Positions 10,603 through 21,628 of a stretch of DNA of 64,000 nucleotides are shown piece by piece. Origin of the DNA: Lepidodermella squamata (Eukaryota; Animalia; Gastrotricha); NCBI GenBank assembly GCA_047495785.1, contig JBLDXI010000007.1:1984001-2048000 (forward strand), given 5' to 3'. The first letter of the stretch is position 1; every line of letters starts with the position of its first letter. The notes beneath the pieces were generated by a model. It was not told the DNA's origin. It worked only from the letters and a program-made list of their open reading frames with translations, and searched no databases. Position numbers and translations under genes: made by a program.

Positions 10603-12976
10603 ATGTCTGAGATCAAAATCACGCCGCTTGGAGCTGGGCAAGATGTCGGCCGGTCTTGTATTTTGGTCACTTTCACTGCTGGTGGCTATAATATTATGCT
10701 GGATTGCGGCATGCATATGGGCTACAATGACGAGCGTCGATTCCCTGATTTCAGCTTCATAACTGGCGGCACTCAATCCGAGCCCGGCCGGTTAGACGAC
10801 TACCTGGACGCTGTCCTAATCTCGCATTTCCACCTCGACCATTGCGGCGCCATGCCTTACATGAGCGAAGTTGTGGGCTATAACGGGCCGATTTACATGA
10901 CCCTACCAACTCGAGCGCTTTGCCCGATTCTGATCGAAGACTTCCGGCGAGTTGCCGTCGAAGCGTCAGGCGGTATTGAGCCATTTTCGACCAATCAAAT
11001 TCGAGATTGCATCGCCAAAGTCAGACCAGTTCGTCTTATGGATTGGGTGACTATCAAAAAGGGCCCTCCTGATCTTGAAATCTGCGCGCTGTATGCTGGC
11101 CATGTTTTGGGGGCGTGTATGTTCCTGGTTCGATGTGGTCATCAGTCGATTTTGTATACCGGTGATTTCAATATGACGGCCGATAGACATCTTGGACCTG
11201 CCAAAGCTCTGCGCTGCTATCCTGATGTTCTGATTTCCGAGTAAGCCATCTAAAGTTCCTTTATTTTGCGGCAAATTCAACTAATTCGATTAATTATCAA
11301 TGATACTTATTTAAAATTCCACGTTTAATAGAATCATATACTGCGATGTGGAAAAATTGGGGAAAATGAACAATTCGAGCAACAACCTCGAGCTTTTCAT
11401 TTTATTAGCATATTTTATAGTGGTCGCAATATACGAGCCTTGTTGCAAAATTGATTTGCTACAAGGCCGGTAGCCTCAACTTGATTGAAGTACACGGCAT
11501 CCGTCAAAAAGCACCCATCGATGCCCTGGTAACCCATCCAATTGCATGGGAATAAATTCTATCAATTGAATAATTTTCGATATTTTATTGAGGAATATTA
11601 TTTAATTTTCTGCTTTCTTCTTCAGGTCTACTTATGCGACAACGATTCGAGACTCGAAACGTTGCCGCGAACGCGATTTGCTTCAACGCGTATGCGACTG
11701 CCTGGAAGTCGGAGGGAAAGTCTTAATTCCAGTATTCGCCCTCGGCCGTGCTCAAGAGCTCTGTCTCCTACTCGAAAATTACTGGCAACGCATGAATCTC
11801 AAATACCCGATCTACGTCAGCAAAGGTTTAGCCGAAGCCGCCAATGTGTATTACCGCCTTTTCGCCGCATGGACCAACGAAGCAGTGAAACGAGCTCTGA
11901 TGCGTCATCACAACGTGTTCGATTTCAAACACGTTCGACCCTTCGAACGCTCGCTGATCGATCAAAAAGACTCTGGGCCGATGGTTGTTTTCGCCTCACC
12001 GGGTATGCTCCACGCCGGTATGTCTCTGACCCTGTTCAAAAAATGGGCGGATGACGCTAAGAACATGTTGATCATCCCTGGTTACTGCACGGCTGGTACT
12101 ATTGGGTGGAAGGTTTTGCAGGGCCAAAAGCACATCGAACCCCCGAATGGCGGTCCGACGATCAACGTCAAATTAGGCGTGCATTACCTGTCGTTCTCAG
12201 CTCACGCTGATGCGAAAGGAATATTGCAACTCGTCCAGCATTGCCGGCCGAAACACGTTCTGCTAGTCCACGGCGAGGCTGAGAAAATGAATTATATGAG
12301 CAAAAAGATCTCGTCCGAGTTCGGAATCGAAGGTTTCTGCCCGGCTAATGGTGAGACAGTTTCGATTAAAACCCCACTTCAAGTCAAGGTTTCGGTCGAG
12401 CGGTCACTTCTAACGAAACTGATTCCAGTCTCAAGCAACCCTGGTCTTTCGAAGCAGCTGAATTTGAGCCGAATGAAGCTATGCCACGGTTTTGTCATGA
12501 CAAATAATTCCTCCACCGCGCCTAGGACTTCGAGCGACGGGTCTCCACTTCTTCACCTTAGAGACCCGGCCTCTGCCCTGGCTGATCTAACGGCTACTGC
12601 CGGGGCTGTTCGAGAACATGCTCTACGAGTCGCGGTTCGCTACGAATTCTCATCAGTTCTATCTATCGACAAACTGACCGAGTCATTAGCCGCTCTTCTC
12701 GGCAAATATTTTCCGGCCCCGGGTGTTCAAGTCGCTGTCGATGACGGTTTCCCGGTAGTCTCAGTCCGAGACGCTGCTTTTGTCAGGCTTAGCGAGTCAG
12801 TCCCCGATGATAGCGATGATGGGGCGAAGGAAGAGCGTAAAACCGAACAGGGCGATGCGCCGATCACGAAATATCAAGCGCTGATCCGGTGGACGTTGAC
12901 AAATGACGAACTTGGTTCTTCGGTTTTGCGTATTATTCGTAATAACAAGAGTTACGCCTATCCTGATAAGGCGTAA
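10603..12976 (+). CDS. INTS11: Integrator complex subunit 11 (CPSF3-like beta-CASP endonuclease), 662 aa
   Basis: Exons 10603-11240 and 11626-12976 (GA|gtaagc...ttcag|G rebuilds [20 protein letters not shown]). Motifs [68 protein letters not shown]. Confidence 0.96.
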
Positions 12977-13078
12977 TTGAAAAAACAGCTCAATTTTTTC
13001 TGTGAAAATTATTTTCTCTCATTTTTAAAATGTAAAATTTAGTAGCCATCCGATTATTTTCATTAGATTTTATTAAAA

Positions 13079-14065
13079 ATGGTTTTGGAGAAGACTGTCA
13101 AACTAAATTCTGGGTATGATTTTCCTGTCCTTGGCTACGGGACTTGGCAGGCAAGCGATTCAGCTGAGTTAGCTACCGGCCTTAAGGCGGCGATTGATGC
13201 TGGTTATCGGCACATTGATACAGCTTATATCTACGGCAACGAACAAGTCATCGGTGATACCCTGCAAGAGCTATACGATGTTGGGAAAATCAAACGAGAA
13301 GAATTATTTTTGACGACTAAAATATTTCTCACTCAACTGCGACCTGAAACTGTGGAAAGCGCGCTGAAAACGCAACTTGCCAAGCTGAGGACTACATATC
13401 TCGATCTTTGGCTCATTCACTTCCCTGTCGCGTTGAAACCGCCGACCGAAGCCGGTGAAATGGCTAAGAAGACCCCGGATGGTAAGGTTGAATTTGAAAC
13501 CGGTTTCACCCTGGAAGACACTTGGGCTGCGATGGAGAAGTGCGTCGAAGCCGGTTTGGTTCGATCGATCGGAGTCTCAAATTGCAGCATCAGCCAAGTT
13601 GATCGATTGCTGAAATCGAAAATTAAGCCAGCGGTCAATCAGATCGAGTCGCATCCTGGTTTTCAAAATACGAAACTAGTCGAATTTTGCCTGAAAAACG
13701 GCGTCGCTGTCACTGGTTATTCAAGCTTCGGGAGCCCTGGGACCATCTCGATATTGACTGGAAAGCAGTTGATTCCTGTAAATTATCTCGACGATCCAAG
13801 AATTGTTGAAATCGCTCAGCGGCATGCGAAATCAACGGCTCAGGTTATTTTAAGGTGGCAGCTCCAGCGAGGCGTGACCGTCATTCCAAAGAGCTTGACT
13901 CCAGCCCGAGTGATCGATAATTTCAACGTTTGGGATTTCGAGCTAACTGATTCTGATATGAAGGCAATGGCTGCGATTGATGCGAACAAAAGATATTTCT
14001 GGCTGCCTTTCCCTGGTATCCGTGAACACCCGGATTACCCGTTTACGGAAGAGGGCAGTTGCTAA
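13079..14065 (+). CDS. Aldo-keto reductase 2 (intronless)
   Basis: GYGTW, IDTAYIYGNE, TTKI, LIHFP, GVSN, NQIE, VIPKS. Confidence 0.95.
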   Translation: MVLEKTVKLNSGYDFPVLGYGTWQASDSAELATGLKAAIDAGYRHIDTAYIYGNEQVIGDTLQELYDVGKIKREELFLTTKIFLTQLRPETVESALKTQLAKLRTTYLDLWLIHFPVALKPPTEAGEMAKKTPDGKVEFETGFTLEDTWAAMEKCVEAGLVRSIGVSNCSISQVDRLLKSKIKPAVNQIESHPGFQNTKLVEFCLKNGVAVTGYSSFGSPGTISILTGKQLIPVNYLDDPRIVEIAQRHAKSTAQVILRWQLQRGVTVIPKSLTPARVIDNFNVWDFELTDSDMKAMAAIDANKRYFWLPFPGIREHPDYPFTEEGSC

Positions 14066-14262
14066 TTTTGCTGAGATATTTAATAACTAGTCATTTCTTG
14101 GAAATCATCAGTATTATGTTTTGAATAATTTCCTCTCGTTGAGATTCGTATTTACCTTCCTTAATCAATATAACGGTGCCCATTCACAGTATTGATTTTA
14201 GTACTTTATTAATACGAAATTTTGTGTAGTACCTAGAGTTATTCTATTTTACATTTGTCTAA

Positions 14263-15225
14263 ATGGCTGCCAAGCAAACTTTCATCAAGCTGTCGTCGGG
14301 TTTCCAAATCCCAGCTTTCGGCCTGGGTACCTACCTCTCGAAAGACCCAGCTGTCCTCACTGTAGCCGTCAAGCATGCTATTAAGTTGGGTTATCGCCAC
14401 ATCGACACCGCCATGATGTATGGCAACGAGGCGGTCATTGGCCAGGCCGTGAAAGACCTCATCGACGAGAAGGTCATCACCCGTGACGATATTTTCATCA
14501 CGACGAAGCTGCCGCCAAGCTGCAACGCCCCGCAGTACGTAGTTCCGACAATAAAGAAGCAACTGCAACTGCTTCAGCTCGATTACATTGACTTGTACCT
14601 GATCCACTCGCCACTGGCTCTTCAATTCACCCCGACCGGCGCTTTCCCTATTGACAAGGACGGCAACTTCATGCTTGACCTCGAGACCAAGCCGGAAGAC
14701 ACGTGGAAGGCTTTGGAGGAGGCTGCCAAGACCGGTTTGACCCGCTCGATCGGTGTTTCGAATTTCAACCAAAACCAACTGGAGCGCGTTTTGAAAATCG
14801 CGACCATCAAGCCAGCTGTCAACCAGGTTGAATCGCAGCCCTATTTCAGCAACTCAAAACTGATCGAGTGGTGCCAGGCTCATGACATTCAAGTCATGGC
14901 GTACGGCCCTCTCGGCTCGCCTGGCAGCGGTAAAATCGCAAACTTGCTTGAAGATGAGCGTCTGGTTAAAATTGCTGCGAAGCACGGCAAGTCCGCGTCT
15001 CATGTCGCCCTGCGTTGGCAACTCCAGCGCAAAAATATTGTCATTCCAAAGAGCGAGAACCCGAAGCGTATCGAGGACAATTTCAACGTTTGGGACTTCG
15101 AGCTTGACGCTGCGGATATGGCCGAGCTGGCTAAAATGGATACCGGTGTTCGCGCTTTCAAGGGCGCCTTCCCCGGTGCTGATAAGCACCCTGAATTCCC
15201 GTTCACCGAGCTTCTCCCACAATAA
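14263..15225 (+). CDS. Aldo-keto reductase 3 (intronless)
   Basis: GLGTY, IDTAMMYGNE, TTKL, LIHSP, GVSNF, NQVE, VIPKS. Confidence 0.95.
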   Translation: MAAKQTFIKLSSGFQIPAFGLGTYLSKDPAVLTVAVKHAIKLGYRHIDTAMMYGNEAVIGQAVKDLIDEKVITRDDIFITTKLPPSCNAPQYVVPTIKKQLQLLQLDYIDLYLIHSPLALQFTPTGAFPIDKDGNFMLDLETKPEDTWKALEEAAKTGLTRSIGVSNFNQNQLERVLKIATIKPAVNQVESQPYFSNSKLIEWCQAHDIQVMAYGPLGSPGSGKIANLLEDERLVKIAAKHGKSASHVALRWQLQRKNIVIPKSENPKRIEDNFNVWDFELDAADMAELAKMDTGVRAFKGAFPGADKHPEFPFTELLPQ

Positions 15226-15439
15226 ATGTGTGACTCGGCTAGCGAGGTACAATCACGGATAGAGACCAGAAAATGTTGCTATTTTGTTGCAATTCTAACT
15301 CCTGTTGTGAAATTATTGTTGCAATCTTCAAAATTCTCGTGTTGTGCTTGCTTTGCTTTAAATTTTATCGAATTGAATAAATTTATTTTATCGGCATTAA
15401 TTTAATATTTATATACGAATTAAGTAGTGATTATTTGAA

Positions 15440-16390
15440 ATGGCATCCCGGCAGATGATGTTTGCGACTTTGTCTTCTGGCTTTAAATGTCCCATGTTGG
15501 GACTGGGGACATGCCGATCGACGGATCGAGAAGTGCTGAAAAACGCCGTGAAAATCGCAATCTATATCGGCTATCGCCACATTGATACTGCCTACGTCTA
15601 CGATAACGAGGACATTATTGGCATCGCAATTTTCGAGTTGATCAACGAGGGAGCCGTGAAACGAGACGAGCTATTCGTCACAACTAAGCTGTCATCGACC
15701 TGCCACCGGCCTGAACGTGTCCTACCGGCTCTCCGCGGGCAATTGAAGGCTCTCCAACTGGACTATGTTGACATGTACCTGATTCATAACCCAAGGTCGT
15801 TTCAATACTCGGAGACCTCCCACTTCCCAACTGGACCTGATGGCAATGTATTACTTGATTATGGCACGAAACTTGAAGAAACCTGGCAATGCATGGAGGA
15901 ATGCGTTAAATTAGGCCTCGCTCGGACAATTGGAGTTTCTAACACTAATGAAAAGCAACTCGAACGGCTTATGAAATGCGGTACGATAAAGCCTGCGATG
16001 AATCAAATCGAGTCGCACCCGTATTTTCACAACTCATCGCTAATCGAATTTTGCCATCGAAATGGCATTGGTGTAACAGCTTATGCTCCATTCGCTTGCG
16101 GCCGGGCTGATGGTTTGTTGCAGGACCCTGTTTTGAGTCGAATTGCGTCGAATCACAACAAAACTGTGGCCCAAGTTTGTATTCGTTGGCAGATTCAACG
16201 TGGTAATGTTGTCATCCCAAAAAGCAACACCCCGTCGAGACTTGTTGAAAATTTCGACGTTTGGGATTTTGAGCTATCTCAGGAGGAAATGGCTGATATA
16301 GCGAAATTGGATAAGAATTTGAGAACTTTTAAGGGAGATTTACCTGGCGCTAAACTTCATCCTGAATACGCTTTTACAGAATTGCTTTGA
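15440..16390 (+). CDS. Aldo-keto reductase 4 (intronless)
   Basis: GLGTC, IDTAYVYDNE, TTKL, LIHNP, NQIE, VIPKS; closest paralog of AKR5. Confidence 0.95.
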   Translation: MASRQMMFATLSSGFKCPMLGLGTCRSTDREVLKNAVKIAIYIGYRHIDTAYVYDNEDIIGIAIFELINEGAVKRDELFVTTKLSSTCHRPERVLPALRGQLKALQLDYVDMYLIHNPRSFQYSETSHFPTGPDGNVLLDYGTKLEETWQCMEECVKLGLARTIGVSNTNEKQLERLMKCGTIKPAMNQIESHPYFHNSSLIEFCHRNGIGVTAYAPFACGRADGLLQDPVLSRIASNHNKTVAQVCIRWQIQRGNVVIPKSNTPSRLVENFDVWDFELSQEEMADIAKLDKNLRTFKGDLPGAKLHPEYAFTELL

Positions 16391-16452
16391 ATTTGCTAAA
16401 TTATTTTATCGAATAACGTGTATTGATTTGAGCTTATCTCTGAAAATAGGCC

Positions 16453-17400
16453 ATGGCCACCCGCCAAATTTATGTTAATTTATCATCTGGTTTCAAATGC
16501 CCGATTTTGGGCTTCGGAACGTATCAAATCACTGATGTTACTGTTTTGAAAAACGCTCTGGAAGTCGCTGTGAAAGCTGGATATCGCCATTTTGACACCG
16601 CCTATGTATACGATAACGAATCTGTGATCGGCGAAAAATTGGCAGAATTGATTGAAAAGGGCGTAATCACTCGGGAAGAGTTGTTTATCACTACGAAATT
16701 GGCGTCGACGCATCACCGACCGGAACGAGTTCTCCCGGCTTTGAAGCGTCAGTTGCAAGCGTTGAAGCTAGATTACGTCGATTTGTATTTAATCCACAAC
16801 CCGAGGTCGTTTGAATATTCTGAAAATTCCCATTTCCCCACCGGACCGGATGGTAACGTCTTGCTCGATTTTGGCACCAAACTTGAAGAAACTTGGGCCT
16901 GTATGGAACAATGCGTCAAAGCTGGCCTAACACGATCAATCGGGGTCTCGAATACAAATCAGAGCCAACTCGAGCGGCTGATGAAAAGCGGATCCATAAA
17001 ACCTGCTATGAACCAAATCGAATGTCACCCTTATTTCCAAAATAAGGTCCTAATTGATTTTTGCCATAAAAATAACATTGCAGTTACTGGTTTCGCTCCA
17101 TTTGGCGGCGGCAGAGTTGGCGGGTTGATGGACGATGAACGCTTGACGAAAATTGCAGATAAATACAACAAATCAGTTGCTCAAATCTGCATTCGTTGGC
17201 AAATTCAATGCGGTAATGTTGTGATACCGAAAAGTAACACGCCCTCGAGAATTTTGCAGAATTTCAATGTCTGGGATTTTGAAATGTCGCCTGAAGACAT
17301 GGCAGAGATCGCTAAAATGGACACAAATATTCGAGCTTTCAAGGGAGACTTCGCTGGGGCGAAACGTCATCCGGAGTATCCCTTTACCGAGCTTCTGTGA
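16453..17400 (+). CDS. Aldo-keto reductase 5 (intronless)
   Basis: GFGTY, FDTAYVYDNE, TTKL, LIHNP, NQIE, VIPKS. Confidence 0.95.
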   Translation: MATRQIYVNLSSGFKCPILGFGTYQITDVTVLKNALEVAVKAGYRHFDTAYVYDNESVIGEKLAELIEKGVITREELFITTKLASTHHRPERVLPALKRQLQALKLDYVDLYLIHNPRSFEYSENSHFPTGPDGNVLLDFGTKLEETWACMEQCVKAGLTRSIGVSNTNQSQLERLMKSGSIKPAMNQIECHPYFQNKVLIDFCHKNNIAVTGFAPFGGGRVGGLMDDERLTKIADKYNKSVAQICIRWQIQCGNVVIPKSNTPSRILQNFNVWDFEMSPEDMAEIAKMDTNIRAFKGDFAGAKRHPEYPFTELL

Positions 17401-17499
17401 TTTCTGAAACATCTATTGACACTGAAATATGATATTTTTGATTTGAAACTGAGCTGCATGATAAATTATTTTCAGTTTTTATAGTTTTTGTTGTTGAAA

Positions 17500-18447
17500 A
17501 TGAGTGTTCCAAACTCGATAATGCTTTCATCTGGGTATCAATGTCCTGTTTTAGGACTCGGCACTTCAAAGTCCATCGATCATGAAATTATTTTGAAATC
17601 GATTGAATGTGCTATAAACGCTGGATATCGACATATCGATACTGCTTATATCTACAAAAATGAAGAGGGCATCGGTTTAGCCCTGAAAGAAATGTTCGAT
17701 AACAAAGTTGTAACTCGGGAAGAGATGTTCATTACCACAAAGCTTTTTGGCACTCATCAACGTCGCGATAAAGTTCCCGAGCTCGTCCGAAAACAGCTAA
17801 AACTACTGGGCCTCGACTACATCGATTTGTACCTGATTCACAGCCCCTTATCGCTGAAATACCACGATGAACCTTATTTTCCAAAGGACGAAAATGGCAA
17901 TTTGATTTTCGACCTCGAGGCCACTATGGAAGAAACTTGGCTTGGAATGGAAGATTGCGTCCGATTGGGCCTCGTTCGATCGATTGGCGTGTCAAATTTC
18001 AACGAAATTCAACTCGAGCGAATTATTCGAGCGAGTTCGATAAAACCGGCTATGTTGCAAATCGAATCTCACCCGTATTTTCAAAATAATTTGTTGATCG
18101 AATTTTGCAAGAAGAACAATGTTGCTGTTACTTGTTATTACCCTCTGGGTAGTTTGAAGACGAATCTCTTACATGACGAGCGACTGATTGCTATTGGGGC
18201 GAAATATCATAAAACTGCTGCTCAAGTTTGTATTCGATGGCAAATTCAACGTGGTAATGTTGTTATCCCTAAAAGTGTTACGCCTTCTCGAATTATTGAA
18301 AATTTTAATGTTTGGGATTTTGAGCTATCAGAGGCTGATATGAAGGAAATCGCATCGCTCGATACAAACAATCGGGCTTTTAAGGCGGATTTTCCTGGAG
18401 CGAGACTTCACCCTGAATTTCCGTTCAGAGATTTACTGCATAATTGA
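17500..18447 (+). CDS. Aldo-keto reductase 6 (intronless)
   Basis: GLGTS, IDTAYIYKNE, TTKL, LIHSP, GVSNF, VIPKS. ATG is at 17500. Confidence 0.95.
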   Translation: MSVPNSIMLSSGYQCPVLGLGTSKSIDHEIILKSIECAINAGYRHIDTAYIYKNEEGIGLALKEMFDNKVVTREEMFITTKLFGTHQRRDKVPELVRKQLKLLGLDYIDLYLIHSPLSLKYHDEPYFPKDENGNLIFDLEATMEETWLGMEDCVRLGLVRSIGVSNFNEIQLERIIRASSIKPAMLQIESHPYFQNNLLIEFCKKNNVAVTCYYPLGSLKTNLLHDERLIAIGAKYHKTAAQVCIRWQIQRGNVVIPKSVTPSRIIENFNVWDFELSEADMKEIASLDTNNRAFKADFPGARLHPEFPFRDLLHN

Positions 18448-18509
18448 ACCGGTCATAAATTGCTCGAATTCATGGATTTTTTTCTGCATTTTGATAGACT
18501 TTTAATATA

Positions 18510-21374
18510 ATGTTTGATTTATTATTCGGGGACGCTTTCACCCCTGGCTCAACTCAATCAACCCTTCACGAAGCTGATGGAGTGAACTTTCTGACCAATT
18601 TTGCCGCGGAAAAGTCTGTTCTGGGCATTCACCGCAGCCTGCTGGACGAATTCGACGACCCGAGTCGCAGGAACTCGCCTCAAGCGGTTGAATCTAACAA
18701 TTTCAAGCGGACTGGTAACCATCATTTCGCCGTAGGCCGCTATTGTGACGCCATAGAAGCATATAAAAGTGAGTTTTAATCTGATATCAAGAGGAACTAT
18801 TTCCTTTGAAAAATGAATAGGGAACTTGCAGGAAATTTTTTCGGACCTTCCATAGCTTTTGTTGCTCAAAAACCTTTGAATAAGTAATATCTCAGCAACA
18901 AAGACCGTGAGACCCATGAAGGCCGATATGTAGCTCTAACCCAAGCCATGGCCAAACATTTCGCGAAAAGGTCCGAAAATCGATAAATCTGAATATTATC
19001 TGAATTTATTTTAGTGAATTTGTGTTCTAATATTGTCCCGTTCAAATTTTCAGAATTTTAGGCTGGAATTTTCATTTATCGCTAATTCGAATAGGTGGTT
19101 GGCATTGAAAAGAAATTCGAAAAAATGAATTTTTTAACATGCGCGCTGCAATTGTGAACTCACAATTGTGTTTTATTTCTGCATCACAGAGTTCGAAATT
19201 GAGGGCGGATTGTTTAAAACAACCCTATGTTCACAGTTACCATTTTTTATCAAATTTTTTTTAAGGAGCCTTGGACCTTCAACCCGGAGACGCTCGAATT
19301 TACACCAACATTGCCCTGGCCTTGATTCGATGCGGCCGATATGAAGAGGCCGTCGCCTATGCGCATGGTGCGACCATTATCGACCCGTATTTCTCGAAGG
19401 GATACGCTCTACTAGCCATTGCCTACGCCCACCTCGGCTACACCGATGTCGCTACATTTTACTGCAGCGATTGCTTGAAACCGTTCGGATTCGACGTTTC
19501 AATGGAATGCGAACGTGCGATTGGGAACAGCATTGCTGGAAAGCTCAACCCGTCGATGTACCGAACAACAGATGGGCCTGACCTTCAAGCGACTTTGAAC
19601 CGATTTTCAGATGCGTATCTCAACATTGATCAGTTGATCTACCTATTCGCCCACCTTGACTTTCATATGAGCTGCAAAGACCAGAATCAAATGCTGCAAG
19701 TTGGCGGGAAGTTGCGCCAAACTGGTTTTATCCGGCGTGTTTTCCGAGAAATTCCACTGACCAGCGGTGTTATCAGCCATAGCCAAGATTTATTGGCCCT
19801 TACGCCGGAAGATGCTCATCTTTTGGCGGCTTGCCTTAGAATCACCGGTTTTGCTAGCAGCGGATCGCCCCAGGCTTGCAATGAACTACTCGGCTGTCAA
19901 GAATTTCTATATTTCATGTCGTCTTCATGCCGCCAAATCGTATCCGGCAATTTTATGAAGAAAATCCTGGCTGATAAAAACCGATATGCCTTTCATCAGT
20001 TGATTGTCGACAACTTACTGAGGACACTTTGCACCGCAACGTCGCAGGGTGGTCCGTTTAATCGGTTTTTACGCTCGACTGACCCGTTCAAGAGCTTCTC
20101 TTGGCATTCAAAACTGTTCGGAGTTTGGTTTGCGCTCTTCAACCCTGTGAAAAATGCCGACGTAATGTGCCATTTAGTCGTTTCGCTATCAAAGGTCAGT
20201 TTTGCCTTGATATCACTTATTAATAGCTAATTAGGGCATTTAATTTTCGATGTCTATTGAATTTTTTTGCCAATTGAAACCTCGAATGTGCTGTTTTTAG
20301 GTTTGCGAAGAAAACCCGTCCTATCTCGAGGAATTGGGCCAGCTGCCGAAAGAAGAGCTGAATTCGTTGTTCTCACTGTTAGCCACAGCTAGTCAAATCT
20401 TTGTCGAATGCTCGATCCACCCTGCAATCCAGCCGCCAATTCAGCTCGATTTACTCCTGGTTTTCTGGCTATTTTTGACGAAAGACCATCGGGCTGTTCA
20501 AATCTGCGTCAACTGCCCTCGTGTTTGGACATTCTTCGCGAACCGGCTTCAATCTGTTGTAGCCGGGCAGAACCCATCGACGCTGAACGGCGAAATCTGG
20601 TTCCTGCTCGAGTGCCTGTGCAATATGGCGTCGTTTGTCAAGAAAAACGCTCAAACCGCGGAAAATTGTTTCGAAAACGGCCCGTGGTTTCAACAGATTG
20701 CCGACTCAACCGCTGAAATCGCGTGGCGTAAATCGAAACACCACGTTTTCATTCGATCCGCCTTAATGCTCGCCTCTCGTCTCGCCTCATTTTCGCCGAA
20801 ATTCGGCGAAGTATTCGTGGCGAAACTTACTTTCACTCGGCTGGTTAGGTTGGGCTCTTGCGGCGAGCCTGATGTCGACGCGCCAGCGCTGCATTGCCTA
20901 GCCACCCTATTGAATAACCGCTCTAGTCCTGAAATCATTCGAGAAATCTCTGATTCACCGCACTTCAATGAGTTTGTCGCGAAGGCGGTCAGTTCAGTCA
21001 CCCACGCGACCAACCCATTAGCCGCATTGGGTAATGATTGCAAAACGTGTTTATTCCACCTTATCGACGACAAAAATGGCGAGGAATTGACGCAGAAAAC
21101 GCGTTCTGCTGTTTTGGCGGCGGTGAAAAAAACGTCGCACAGCTGCGATGCGTTTGTCAAGAAAATTCAGGGCGGCAGCAGCGGCGATTTGCCGGCTGCC
21201 CCTGCCCAACCGCCGAAGCGACGCCCGCCCCGGGGTGACGCCGGCATGTTCTCGGAACCACTCCCGGACGACGTGTCGCCCGATGAATGCGCCAGTTTGA
21301 CGTCGCGACTATTCGCCGCGCTGACTCGAGTCAACGACGAGCTTGGAACAATTCTACGGACTCCTGCTTTGTGA
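18510..21374 (+). CDS. TPR-ARM paralog 3 (753 aa)
   Basis: Exons 18510-18768, 19266-20194 and 20301-21374, all in frame. First junction rebuilds TPR1-2: FKRTGNHHF..AIEAYK-R-ALDLQPGDARIYTNIA. Confidence 0.85.
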
Positions 21375-21628
21375 ATTGGGGCGAACAAAAAAATCATCAC
21401 GTTTGCGGAAAAACTCGCGAGAAAAAATTATCTGTTGAAAAAAGTTTAAATTTTTAAGGTGGATTTTTTGATGCATTAAAACAATCTAGTTTCGATCTGA
21501 TCGTGTGTGTAAATTTGTGATGAGCAATTATCATTCATGTTGAGAAATAAAACTGCTAGGTAACCGCTGTTTTTCAGTGAAATAAAGCTGTCAACAACTT
21601 TTTTTTTAGGAAAAATTAACCTAAAATA

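Noticed and set aside
9476-17412. Minus-strand ORFs overlapping the AKR genes (e.g. 9476-10018, 14239-14778, 14854-15252)
   Set aside because: Antisense shadows of codon-biased genes with no recognisable motifs.
9500-18447. Bacterial operon or contamination, suggested by intronless tightly spaced AKRs
   Set aside because: Interleaved with spliced INTS11 and TPR genes, no Shine-Dalgarno pattern, and AT-rich eukaryote-type spacers. Ancient horizontal transfer cannot be tested without a phylogeny.
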